DNA from: an uncultured delta proteobacterium
GTDB lineage: Bacteria > Myxococcota_A > Polyangia > Haliangiales > Haliangiaceae
Length of the DNA: 64,000 bases
Direction: 5' to 3'
Assembly: GCA_963848295.1 (NCBI GenBank)
Contig: CAWKDB010000010.1
Coordinates: 576,001 to 640,000 of the forward strand
A program made the position numbers and the translations under genes. Below, piece by piece: positions 30,176-39,733 of the stretch; within the stretch, counting starts at the first letter, position 1; the number at the start of each line of letters is the position of its first letter. The notes beneath the pieces were generated by a model. That model ran no database searches. It had not been told where the DNA came from and worked only from the letters and a program-made list of their open reading frames with translations.

Positions 30176-31048
30176 ATGGACCTCTTCGACAAGATGGCCA
30201 CCTACGTGCGCGTCGTGGAGGCAGGCAAGCTGGCCGCCGCGGCGAGGCAGCTACGGATCTCCTCGGCTGCCGTGAGCCGACAGATCGCTGCGCTCGAGCG
30301 CGAGCTCGGCGCCACGCTGCTGCTGCGATCGACCCGACGACTGGTCGTGACGCCGGTCGGCCGTGCGTATTTCGAGCGTTGTCAACGGATCCTGCGCGAG
30401 GTCGACGATGCCCAGGTCGTCGCGCGGGGTACCGCTCTCGATGGCGGGCTCGTGATCAACGCGCCGGTCAGCTTCGGACTCGCGTGGGTGGTACCGCGCG
30501 TTCGATCATTCGTGACGGCGCACCCGGAGATGCAGCTCGACCTTCGGATCGAGGATCGCATCGTCGATCTCGCACTCGAAGGCGTGGACCTGGCGATCCG
30601 AGTGGGTACGCCGCCGCCGCAGTCGACGGAAGTCGTCGCGCATCGACTCCACGAGTTCCGACGTATCGTGGTGGCGGCGCCGTCCTACCTCGTTCGCAGG
30701 GGCACGCCGACCACGGCGGAGGCGCTCGCCGATCACGACGCGATCAGCCATCCCGTAGACGCGCCACTGTGGCCGGGCACGCGGCACTCGCGCGCACGAA
30801 TCCGCGTGGCGTTTCGCAGTAACGCACTCCAGGCGATCTTGTCGCTCGCGATCGACGGCCTCGGCGTCGCGCTGCTCCCGGACTGGTTCGTCGCTCCGAG
30901 TCTGGCGAGCCGCGAGCTCGTCCGGCTGTTACCCACATGGCGCTCGGCGGCGCTCCACGTCCACGCGCTTCATCGCAGGAGCCTTCGCGGCGAGGCGCGA
31001 GTGCGCGCGCTCATCGCACACCTGCGGGATTCAACCGGTGCCGGTTGA
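30176..31048 (+). CDS. LysR family transcriptional regulator (CrgA-like)
   Basis: AAARQLRISSAAVSRQIAALERELGATLLLRSTR HTH; DLALEGVDLAIR. Confidence 0.93.
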   Translation: MDLFDKMATYVRVVEAGKLAAAARQLRISSAAVSRQIAALERELGATLLLRSTRRLVVTPVGRAYFERCQRILREVDDAQVVARGTALDGGLVINAPVSFGLAWVVPRVRSFVTAHPEMQLDLRIEDRIVDLALEGVDLAIRVGTPPPQSTEVVAHRLHEFRRIVVAAPSYLVRRGTPTTAEALADHDAISHPVDAPLWPGTRHSRARIRVAFRSNALQAILSLAIDGLGVALLPDWFVAPSLASRELVRLLPTWRSAALHVHALHRRSLRGEARVRALIAHLRDSTGAG

Positions 31049-31330
31049 CAGCGGGACGAGGACGCCGCGAAGGCCCGGCGCCCCGAGCCGCACTTTGTCG
31101 CAGTGCGAGATCGTTTTCCCGAGATCACGGACGCCGACGCGATCAACCTCGACGAGCTCGAGTCGGTCATCGAAGGGAGGCTACCTCCCGGCCGGGTTGT
31201 CGAAAGAGATCGAGGCGGCGCGCTCCGCCGCGGCGAACATCATCGAGGAGACGCGCACGAAGCGGCACCAGCAGATGGTTCACGCGGCACTCGCGCGCCG
31301 AGATCGGCCGTCATTCGGCGGACGATTTCG

Positions 31331-32671
31331 TCAGGACGTCCCCTCGAGGCGCGGAAGCGTGAAATGGAAGCGAGTCCCTTCGCCAAGACGAGACTCGACC
31401 CAGATGCGACCGCCCTGCGCATCGATCAGCTTCTTGCAGATATAGAGGCCCAGTCCGACGCCGCGCGTCGTGCCGTTACGATCTGCGTGCCAGTAGCGAT
31501 CGAAGAGGTGCGCGAGATCGCCGGCAGGGATACCGGGTCCGGTGTCTTCGACCGAGAGCTCCACGTCATCCGAGCCGAGCTGGGCTTGGACGGAGATCAT
31601 GCCACCAGGGGGTGTGAACTTGAGGGCGTTCCCGAGGAGATTCGCGAGGACCTGAAGAACGTGTTCGCGATCTGCGCGTACGACTGCGGGCGCGCGCGGC
31701 ATATCGACGCACAAGTTCACTTGCGCGTGACACGCGTGCGCCGAGAATTCCGCCACCGACGTGTGCACCAACTCGGCCACCGCGCATTGTTCGAGCGTCA
31801 AGCGCAGGCTGTCCGCGTCGACCTCCGCCGCATGCAGAATCTGATCGACGAGGTGTTTCATGCGATCGGCGGCAAGTTGCAGGGCACGGAGCGCCCGCTG
31901 CGGTTCTGCTTGCGGCCTGTCCACATGCGCCGCCGCCAATACCTCGGCACCCATCACGACCGTTGCGAGCGCGCCGCGGAGATCGTGAGAGACGATCGCG
32001 AGCACCTCCTGACCCGCGGCTGCTGCCTGACGCGCGTCGTTGGCTGCTTTGCCCTGTACCGCATGCTCGTTGGCAAGGCGACGCATGACGGTGACTGCCA
32101 CGAGCGCGCTCAGGGCCAGCCCGATTCCCGCGATGAGCCCGACGAGCAGCGCGGCGCGACTCGCCTGGTCCCGTGAATGCTCGAGCGCTTCTTCGAAGGA
32201 CTCTCGTTCCGAGTGCGCAAGGGTGTCGAGGCGCGTGCGCACCGTTTCGAGTTGCGTGCGCGAATTCTCCACGAACGACCGGAGGGCCTCGTTCGCCGTC
32301 GAGCTGTTACGCGCGGCGTCGACGTAGTGATGGATGTCCTCGCGGAGCGTCGCGAGCTCGGTGGCGCTCGCCGGAGAAAGAGGCGTCGCGCGCACCTCGG
32401 CGATCTGGGCATCCAGCTCGGCAGTCGCGAGCTCGATGCGTTGGAGATACTCCGGATCGGGACTCATCAAGTAGCCGCGACTAACCGCGACGACGCGCTC
32501 GGCGTGAAAGCGCAACCGTTCGATGTGCACGAGCCGGTCGGCATAGTGGCGCGCGAGGCTCGCTTGGCTCGATGCCGTGGCGTGAAGTGCGATCACTGCG
32601 AGCGCCGCCGCCGCCAGCGCGACCCCGAACGAAGTTGCGTACCCGACCAAGAGTTGCCGCCGAAATCCCAT
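31331..32671 (-). CDS. Membrane sensor histidine kinase (CHASE3-like sensor)
   Basis: Two TM helices; VSHDLR, NLLGNALKFT, DTGPGI, GLGLYI. Confidence 0.9.
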   Translation of the reverse strand: MGFRRQLLVGYATSFGVALAAAALAVIALHATASSQASLARHYADRLVHIERLRFHAERVVAVSRGYLMSPDPEYLQRIELATAELDAQIAEVRATPLSPASATELATLREDIHHYVDAARNSSTANEALRSFVENSRTQLETVRTRLDTLAHSERESFEEALEHSRDQASRAALLVGLIAGIGLALSALVAVTVMRRLANEHAVQGKAANDARQAAAAGQEVLAIVSHDLRGALATVVMGAEVLAAAHVDRPQAEPQRALRALQLAADRMKHLVDQILHAAEVDADSLRLTLEQCAVAELVHTSVAEFSAHACHAQVNLCVDMPRAPAVVRADREHVLQVLANLLGNALKFTPPGGMISVQAQLGSDDVELSVEDTGPGIPAGDLAHLFDRYWHADRNGTTRGVGLGLYICKKLIDAQGGRIWVESRLGEGTRFHFTLPRLEGTS

Positions 32672-32692
32672 GTTTCACCAGCGGCGAGCGAC

Positions 32693-32708
32693 AGCATGTG
32701 CCGTGCCG
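32693..32708 (-). promoter_or_regulatory. Candidate sigma-54 promoter of the histidine kinase
   Basis: Minus strand CGGCACGGCACATGCT (GG-N10-GC), 21 nt upstream of ATG. Confidence 0.45.
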
Positions 32709-33029
32709 GCGTCCAACTGCGGTGAACACGTAGCGCGGGTGCCATCGAGCGGGAATTTTTCCGTGACGCCTTGGGAGAAACTCCGGCTCCCGCGCGGGCT
32801 CGGTCACCCGTGCACGGGTGGCGCCTCCGGACTGCGAGTCGTGCGGCGGACCAGCGCGAGGAACCTGATCACCTCCATCGTGGCCGACCATGTCAGCCGT
32901 CGACTCGATCGCGCGTACCGGCTTGCACCAGGGCGAACATGATCAGCGCCGAGCCGGCGAGCTTGATCGCGGTGATATGACGCGCCAGCAGGGTGTCGAA
33001 CCGAGCCGAGAGGTGACTCGGCCCGCCAG

Positions 33030-33986
33030 CTACGGGGAGGCCTCGAGCTCACCGAGGTGCGTGCAGCCGAGCGCGTTCTTGAGATCGCACGCGCGCTGGA
33101 ACTGGGCTTTCGCCTTCGCGGAGTCGGGCGCGATCTTGCCGACGCCGTGCAGGTAGAGCTGGCCGAGGTTGTCACACGAAGCACCGCCGCCGCGCGCGCA
33201 GACCTGGCCGAACTTGGCGACCGCGACCTCCACGTTGTCGTCGCCACCTTGCTCGAGCGCGATCGCGCCGATGATGTTGCACGCGGCGTCCATCTCCGCG
33301 GCGCACGCCCGTTCGGCGACGGTGCGGGCACGGGGCAGGTCGCGCGGCACCCCATTGCCGCCCATGTACAGCAGCACGGCGAGGTTCGCGCACGCCATCA
33401 TGAACGACTTCTGGCACTGGCCATCGAGGAGCCCGGCCGCGCGCGCCGGGTCCGGGGCCACGCCGATTCCCTGCCAGTAGAACACGCCGACATAGGCGCA
33501 CGACGTCGGGTCGTGCAGCTCGCAGCCGCGCGTCGCGTACTTGAATGCCTTCGGCGGATCGGCGAGGTCGCCCATGCCGTACCCGGTCGCCGCGTTACCG
33601 CATGCCAGCGCTCCACCGAGGTCGCACGATCGCGCGCTCAGGCTCGCCGCCTTCGCGGGATCGGCCGCGACGCCGACCCCGCACTGGTAGCGGATCGACA
33701 GGTCGAAGCAGCCCTCCGCGTCTCCCGCGTCGCAGCCCTTCGTGAACGCGGCCATAGCCTCTGCGTTGCCCTTGATCGTGGAGCACTGGTCGAGGTTGAA
33801 GAACCCGGTGAGCCGGGCGCCGACGGGGCCCGGCGCGGCGGTATTCCCCGACGCGCTCGGGCCTGTGCTCGAGGGCACAGCCGACGCGGAGCCCGCTGCC
33901 GCCGTCGTTGGCTCCTGCGCCACGCGCGGAGTCGCACCACATGCCATCACGATGCAAAGCAGCCAGGGGGTCCGCGCGATCGCCAT
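33030..33986 (-). CDS. Sel1/HcpA-type Cys-rich repeat lipoprotein
   Basis: Lipobox IVMA-C; repeated C..L...Y..G.GV..D..KA.....CD. Confidence 0.88.
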   Translation of the reverse strand: MAIARTPWLLCIVMACGATPRVAQEPTTAAAGSASAVPSSTGPSASGNTAAPGPVGARLTGFFNLDQCSTIKGNAEAMAAFTKGCDAGDAEGCFDLSIRYQCGVGVAADPAKAASLSARSCDLGGALACGNAATGYGMGDLADPPKAFKYATRGCELHDPTSCAYVGVFYWQGIGVAPDPARAAGLLDGQCQKSFMMACANLAVLLYMGGNGVPRDLPRARTVAERACAAEMDAACNIIGAIALEQGGDDNVEVAVAKFGQVCARGGGASCDNLGQLYLHGVGKIAPDSAKAKAQFQRACDLKNALGCTHLGELEASP

Positions 33987-34158
33987 GCGGAACAGTACGC
34001 ACGGGGCATCCGCGGCGGTTGGGCTCGCGACGTTAACTTCACGTGACGGCGCTCCCCCCGAGCGGCGATGGCGACGGTGTCCGCGAGCGCGCAGCGACGC
34101 GCTTGGAACAGCGAACTTGGTCGCCAGCTTGCAGCCGGTTCGAACCAAGGAGGTTTCG

Positions 34159-34659
34159 ATGACCATCATCGACAAAGCGCTGATCGCAAACCAGGCGTAT
34201 GCGAAGAAGTACGATCGAAAGCTGGCGGCCCGACCAGCGCCCAAGATCGCTGTCGTGACGTGCATGGATCCGAGACTTTCAGACCTTCCTGAGATCCTCG
34301 GACTACCGCACGCCGATATCGACGTGATCCGAACCGGCGGGCCAGCGGTCACCGAAGCCGTGCTCGGCGAGCTGATCGTTTCCAACCGGATCCTCGGAAC
34401 GACGGAGATCATGCTCCTCAATCACACGGGCTGCGGCTTCACGACGTTCAGTGACGCCGATCTCAACGCGAAGCTATCAGCGTCGACCGGCGACGCGTCG
34501 CCCGCTCCGATGCGGTTCTTCTCGTTCAAGGACCCCGAGCAGAACACGCGGGAGCAGATCAAGAAGGTCAGGTCACATCCGTGGATCGCCAGAGAGGTTG
34601 CCGTCCGCGGCTTCGTACTCGACCTGGAGACCGGTCTGCTCAGGGAGATCCGCGCGTAG
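34159..34659 (+). CDS. Beta-class carbonic anhydrase (clade D-like)
   Basis: AAGGAGG SD; VVTCMDPRL and HTGCG zinc ligands; RGFVLDLETGLL. Confidence 0.92.
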   Translation: MTIIDKALIANQAYAKKYDRKLAARPAPKIAVVTCMDPRLSDLPEILGLPHADIDVIRTGGPAVTEAVLGELIVSNRILGTTEIMLLNHTGCGFTTFSDADLNAKLSASTGDASPAPMRFFSFKDPEQNTREQIKKVRSHPWIAREVAVRGFVLDLETGLLREIRA

Positions 34660-34950
34660 ATCGAGCGCGGTCGCCCACTGGGCGGCTGCTGCGACCGAGC
34701 ACCTGCGCGCGCATCGTAACTCTTCCGCTGGACTACCTCACGACCGGCCCGCCCGTTAGCGCGAGGAACGTCGAGGGTTGTGCCGTCGCCGCAGCGGTTA
34801 ACGCCGGCGTATGCGTGACTCCAAACCGCTCGTGGCTGCGCTTGCTCGGGCGCGGTGGCGTTCCGAAGGTCGAGTGGTTCGACCACGGATGTTTGCAGCG
34901 TGTTACTCGAACTAGATGCGACCCGGTATCGATTCCATAGAGTCGCGTCC

Positions 34951-35415
34951 ATGAAGACATCACTTGTTCAGACGCTCGTCTTTGCTACCGCGGTTCTCAC
35001 CGGCTGTGCCGGCAACAACGCCGGCGACTCGCTCTCCACGACGTACGCCGATCTCGTCTCGACGAGCGAGGCTTCGCCCAGCGGCGACATCCAGACCATG
35101 GTCACCCTGGTGTCCGACGACACGCAGGTCGCCACGCTCGACTGGTCGGCGGCGGACCGCACGATCACCTATCAGCCCGCCGATGCGCAGAGCCAGACCT
35201 TCACCACCGACGCCAGTTTGGCAACGCCCACGCTTGACGTCGAGAATGCCAGGGCGGCGGCGATCGTGAACGATGCGTCGTCCGCGACGGATACCGAGGA
35301 TGCCGCCGGCGCCCCGGCGTGCCAGGTTGTCGGGGCCGGCACTGACGGCTGCATGTACTGCTGCAAGATCCCGAACACGAACGGACAAGGACGGGCATGC
35401 ACCACGTGCGGCTAG
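34951..35415 (+). CDS. Lipoprotein with a C-terminal six-cysteine module
   Basis: VLTG-C lipobox; tail CQVVGAGTDGCMYCCKIPNTNGQGRACTTCG. Confidence 0.7.
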   Translation: MKTSLVQTLVFATAVLTGCAGNNAGDSLSTTYADLVSTSEASPSGDIQTMVTLVSDDTQVATLDWSAADRTITYQPADAQSQTFTTDASLATPTLDVENARAAAIVNDASSATDTEDAAGAPACQVVGAGTDGCMYCCKIPNTNGQGRACTTCG

Positions 35416-35682
35416 GCTGGTCGTAGTGTGCCGTCGACGCGAGAGTGCTTTACGGTCGGCGAGTCACGACCGCGGTCGGAAACCCATCGCGGCGACGCGC
35501 CATCGTCAGTCGCACGACAAGACAGACGCCGACGTAACTCACCACGGCGATCTCCGCGGCGCGAATGCTAGGTCCAAGACGCCGCCGATCGCTGCCAAGT
35601 CGATCACGTGTCAAGCGTAACACTGCTGGTCCGACCGCGCTCGGGCATTGAGGCGGTCCGCGGCCAGAGAGTTAGCCGCTGG

Positions 35683-36093
35683 TCAGGGTGTGAGCTTGAC
35701 GGTGACGTTGCCGCGCGTGGCCTTGGAGTACGGGCACACGGTGTGCGCGGCCTCCATGAGCGCGTGCGCCTGCTCGGTCGGGATCGACTTGAACTCGCCG
35801 TGGAGCTCGACCTCGAGGCGAAAGCTGGTGTCGTCCTTGACGAGCCCGACCTTCGCGGTGATCGCGACCTCGCCGATCGCGACCTTCTGCTGGCGTGCGA
35901 CGAGGCCGAGCGCGCTACCGAAGCACGCGGCATAGCCGGCCGCGAATAGCTGCTCGGGGTTCGTGCCGGTGCCGCCCGGCCCCCCGAGCTCTCTAGGCAT
36001 CGACAAGGACGCGGATAGATGGCCGTCGTCGGTCTTGATCGAGCCGGAACGTCCGTTCGTTGCGGTGGCGACTGCGGTGTAGAGGGCAGACAT
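35683..36093 (-). CDS. ohr: Organic hydroperoxide resistance protein
   Basis: AAGGAG SD; TNPEQLFAAGYAACF, VCPYSKATRGN. Confidence 0.95.
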   Translation of the reverse strand: MSALYTAVATATNGRSGSIKTDDGHLSASLSMPRELGGPGGTGTNPEQLFAAGYAACFGSALGLVARQQKVAIGEVAITAKVGLVKDDTSFRLEVELHGEFKSIPTEQAHALMEAAHTVCPYSKATRGNVTVKLTP

Positions 36094-36163
36094 ATGATCT
36101 CCTTTTGAACACGCGCAGCTTGCCACGCGCGTTCGCGCATCGCACGAGAGGCGCGCGCTCGGG

Positions 36164-37084
36164 CTACAGCCAGCGCTCGCTCCACGTCCATAGCCGCTGC
36201 GCGATGTCCGGATCGATCGCGTACGGTCGCACGCCGTCGTCGCCCTCGGTCTTGACGACCGCGATGTCGCAGTTCTCGCAATAAACGCCGCCGAGCCCGT
36301 CGAGCTGCGGGCTCGTCGCGCACCACACCGTGGTCGCGGCACCCTCGTCGACCGACTTGAAGCTGCCGATCCGACGCGCGCGCTCGATCACGAGCTTCAT
36401 CTCTTCGGGATCGTAGTTGCGCGCCAGATCGGTCTCGAGGATCGCGCCGGGATGGAGCGCGAACGCGCGGATCCCGTCGCGCTGGTACCGCCGGTCGGCC
36501 TCGACGGCGAACAGCACGTTCGCGGTCTTCGACTGGCCGTAGGCGATCATCTTGTCGTAGGCGCGATGTTCGAAGTTGGGGTCCTCGAAGTCGAACGCCG
36601 AGCGCACGTGACCACGCGACGACAGCGCCACGACCCTCGCGCCCCGGGCGCGTTGCAGCGCGCTGACCAGGCGAGCGAACAGCCGGAAGTGCCCGACGTG
36701 ATTCACGGCGAGCTGCGACTCGAGCCCGCGCGAGTCGCGCGACAGCGGCGCCGCCATGATCCCGGCGTTGTTGATCAACAGATGCAACGGGCGGTCGCCA
36801 AACCGGTCCGCGAACGCATCGATCGTCGCCGGCACGCCGAGGTCGAGGTCATCGATCGTCACGTTCGCGAGCCCGGCGAGCGCGGCGTTCGCCTTCGCGC
36901 GATCGCGCGCCGGGACGATCACGTGCGCACCGGCCGCGGCGAGCACGCGAGTGGTGACGAGGCCGATCCCGGCGTAGCCGCCGGTGACGATCGCGGTGGT
37001 GCCGTCGAGGCGGCGCGCACCGATGACCTCGCGCGCGCCGGTGTGCGCGCCGAAACCCGAAGGAAGTGGTTGCTGCGCAGGCAT
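36164..37084 (-). CDS. SDR oxidoreductase (retinol dehydrogenase/WWOX-like)
   Basis: TGGYAGIG, NNAGIMA, VNHVGHF, YGQSKTAN, GAATTVW, GVYCENC. Confidence 0.92.
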   Translation of the reverse strand: MPAQQPLPSGFGAHTGAREVIGARRLDGTTAIVTGGYAGIGLVTTRVLAAAGAHVIVPARDRAKANAALAGLANVTIDDLDLGVPATIDAFADRFGDRPLHLLINNAGIMAAPLSRDSRGLESQLAVNHVGHFRLFARLVSALQRARGARVVALSSRGHVRSAFDFEDPNFEHRAYDKMIAYGQSKTANVLFAVEADRRYQRDGIRAFALHPGAILETDLARNYDPEEMKLVIERARRIGSFKSVDEGAATTVWCATSPQLDGLGGVYCENCDIAVVKTEGDDGVRPYAIDPDIAQRLWTWSERWL

Positions 37085-37096
37085 GGAATCCTTCGG

Positions 37097-37510
37097 CTAG
37101 GGTCGATGCTCGAGAGGTTCGATCGAGGGTTCTTCGAGGATCGCCTGCAACGCTGTCGCCATCGCGCTGATACGCGCGTCGACCGCGATGCCGTGGCGCC
37201 GCGCCAGCCACGCCGGATCGTTGTACGCGAGCCAGGTCTGCTCGTGCGCGTCGCGCCACACGAGCACGCGGTGCGGCAGATCGATGCCGATCGTCTGCGT
37301 CGACTGCATCAGCATCGTTCCGACGCGCGCGTCGCCGAACATGACGAGCGTGGTCGGGCGCAACTCGAGCCCGGCACCGGCGGCATTCGCGGCATGATCG
37401 ACGCGCGCGAACACGGTCATGCCGCGCGCGCGGATGGTCGCTTCGAGCCGTTCGACCGCGAGCTCGACGCGCAGCCCGCTTGCGATGGCGATCATTCCGT
37501 CGGGTGTCAT
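37097..37510 (-). CDS. DUF302 domain-containing protein
   Basis: VFARVDHAANA..AGLELRPT, GTMLMQ, IGIDLP..LVW.D, YNDP. Confidence 0.88.
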   Translation of the reverse strand: MTPDGMIAIASGLRVELAVERLEATIRARGMTVFARVDHAANAAGAGLELRPTTLVMFGDARVGTMLMQSTQTIGIDLPHRVLVWRDAHEQTWLAYNDPAWLARRHGIAVDARISAMATALQAILEEPSIEPLEHRP

Positions 37511-37653
37511 TGGCGACAACTCATAGCACGTACGCCGAAGCCGTCGTCGGCGCGGACCCGGGGCGACTCGAAGTCGCTGCGCTCGTGAACTGCCAGGTCC
37601 GGCACGACTGCCATCGTTGGCAGAGGGGTCGTCGACGAAACGCGCGGTTGCGC

Positions 37654-37669
37654 TGGCACGACAGCTGCT
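37654..37669 (+). promoter_or_regulatory. Sigma-54 promoter-like site ahead of a short or decayed ORF
   Basis: TGGCACGACAGCTGCT (GG-N10-GC), followed by GGGAG and ATG at 37684. Confidence 0.5.
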
Positions 37670-37945
37670 CTCGTCGGGAGCGCATGATGTCCAGATTCAT
37701 TGCGTGGCCGCCGGCGGATTCGACCAGCAGGGCAAGAGCACCGAGTCGACCGGCGGCCTGTAGCACGCGTGCGTCGAGCGTGATCACGCCCACGCGCGAG
37801 GCCGCGTGACATGACGCGAGCCTCGTGCTGCCACGTTACAATTCGCAGCTTGATCGGGTGCGCACACAGTCTTAACGAGGGGTCAGCGAGCCTGGCGCGA
37901 AGATCGCGCTGGCTGTTCCGAGGGCGACACTCCGCCCGAAGGTGA

Positions 37946-38509
37946 ATGATGCGACCCATCTCCCTGTTCGTGATCCTGACGGTGGCCGCGGGTTGCGGCG
38001 CGAGCGCCCGAGATTCCAGCGACGCCTCCAGCGGCGATGCCGGTGTTCCGCCCGGCGCCAAGCGGGTGTTCGTGACCTCGGCGAGGTATGCCGGGGACGC
38101 GGTCAGCGTCTGCTCCACCGTCGCACTATCTGCAGGCTTCGCCGGCACGTGGACGCCCTGGCTATCTTGGGCCACCGGCATCACGCCGCACGATGCCATC
38201 GGCTTCGTCATGGGAAGTGGCCCGTGGTACTTGCTGGACGGGCGCGTCGCGTTCGCCAACGCGGCGCAGCTGGCAAGTGTGCCGAGCGTGCCGATCGAGA
38301 TCACCGAGCAGGGCGCGCAGGTCACGGACGACCCGGTCTGGACGGGCACGATGACCGGCGGCGATCATAGCGGCACCGACTGCGATGACTGGTCGGTAAC
38401 GACGTTGACCGGAGATCAGGGCTCCGCGACGTCGACGGCGGAGTGGACCGCCTCGGTCACCGGCGTGGCGTGCAGCGCGACCGCACACGTGTACTGCTTC
38501 GAGGAGTAG
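37946..38509 (+). CDS. DUF1554/endostatin-like lipoprotein
   Basis: VAAG-C lipobox; KRVFVTS, GTWTPWLS, GPWY, VWTGT, CDDW, VYCFE. Confidence 0.78.
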   Translation: MMRPISLFVILTVAAGCGASARDSSDASSGDAGVPPGAKRVFVTSARYAGDAVSVCSTVALSAGFAGTWTPWLSWATGITPHDAIGFVMGSGPWYLLDGRVAFANAAQLASVPSVPIEITEQGAQVTDDPVWTGTMTGGDHSGTDCDDWSVTTLTGDQGSATSTAEWTASVTGVACSATAHVYCFEE

Positions 38510-38531
38510 TCCGGCCGACGAGACTTCGAGC

Positions 38532-39512
38532 TCAGTCGCGCGGCAACAACACGAGCTTGCCCGTCATCCGTCCGGTCTGGCTCTGGCGATGCGCGTCCTC
38601 GACCTCCGCGAGCGGCATGCGCGCGGCGATGTTCACGACGACGTGCTTCGCCGCCACGGCATCGACGACCGAGCCCAAGCGCGTGCGGGTCGCCTTGCCG
38701 AGGATCGCGCGCGACCGGAACGGCGGCACGAACATCTGCAACATCGCCGAAGGCGAATCGCCCGCGACCATCACGTGGCGCCCGCTCGGGGCGAGCAACG
38801 ATCGGCACCGCGAGGCGGAATAGCTGCCGGTACAATCCACGATGACGTCGAACGGGCCGTGCAGCCTCGCCTGCTCGAGCGGGTCTCCGGCCTTGTAGTC
38901 GATCGCGATGTCGGCGCCGAGCCCGCGGACGAGCGAGCCGTTCGCTCCGGAGCACACGCCGACGACCATCGCGGCGTTGCACGAATGCTTCGCGATCTGC
39001 ACCGCGAACTGGCCGACGCCACCCGATGCGCCGAGGACGAGCGCGCTGCGATCGGCGGTCATCCGCCGAAACTCGGTCAGCGCCATCCACGCCGTCACCC
39101 CGGCGACGGGGAGCGCGCTCGCGGCGTCGAACGGGACGCTGTCGGGCAGCGCGCAGACTTGATCCGCGGCGACGACGACGGTGTCGGCGTAGCTGCCGTG
39201 CTGACCGCGCGCGAAGTTGGTGCCGCCGACCACGCGTTGACCGACGACGAGGTCGCGGACATTCGAGCCCACCGCCTCGATCAGACCGGCGAAGTCGATG
39301 CCTAGGATGATCGGTCCGCGGGGCCCGCGCAGCGGTCGGATCGCGCGCGCCGCGAGCCGGAGCGGGCCGCTGCTGCGCATCTTCCAGTCGACCGGGTTGA
39401 CGCCGGCCGCGTGGACCGCCACGCGCACCTGGTTGTGGTGCGGCTCCGGCGTCGGCAATTCGACGCGCACGAGCTCCTTGCTTCCCCACGACTCGAGCGC
39501 CATCGCGTACAT
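38532..39512 (-). CDS. NAD(P)-dependent medium-chain dehydrogenase / quinone oxidoreductase-like
   Basis: [29 protein letters not shown]. Confidence 0.9.
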   Translation of the reverse strand: MYAMALESWGSKELVRVELPTPEPHHNQVRVAVHAAGVNPVDWKMRSSGPLRLAARAIRPLRGPRGPIILGIDFAGLIEAVGSNVRDLVVGQRVVGGTNFARGQHGSYADTVVVAADQVCALPDSVPFDAASALPVAGVTAWMALTEFRRMTADRSALVLGASGGVGQFAVQIAKHSCNAAMVVGVCSGANGSLVRGLGADIAIDYKAGDPLEQARLHGPFDVIVDCTGSYSASRCRSLLAPSGRHVMVAGDSPSAMLQMFVPPFRSRAILGKATRTRLGSVVDAVAAKHVVVNIAARMPLAEVEDAHRQSQTGRMTGKLVLLPRD

Positions 39513-39733
39513 GGGGCGAGATGATACAGCTTTGGCGGACCGTCGCAGACGTCGGCTGGGAGGTCGCCGACAGTGATGCCACGGCGATCGGCGACTCACC
39601 GGATCGCGTGGAGCGGACCTGCGAGAATCTCGTGCGCGCTAGCGACGAGCTTATCAGCCGTGCGAACTCGGCCATTTTCACTGGCGGCATGATCGCCGGC
39701 GACTTACCGTCTGACAAACCTCGGGAGGGACAC

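Noticed and set aside
36108..36126. Sigma-54 promoter before ohr (TGGCAAG...)
   Set aside because: The -12 position reads GT rather than GC
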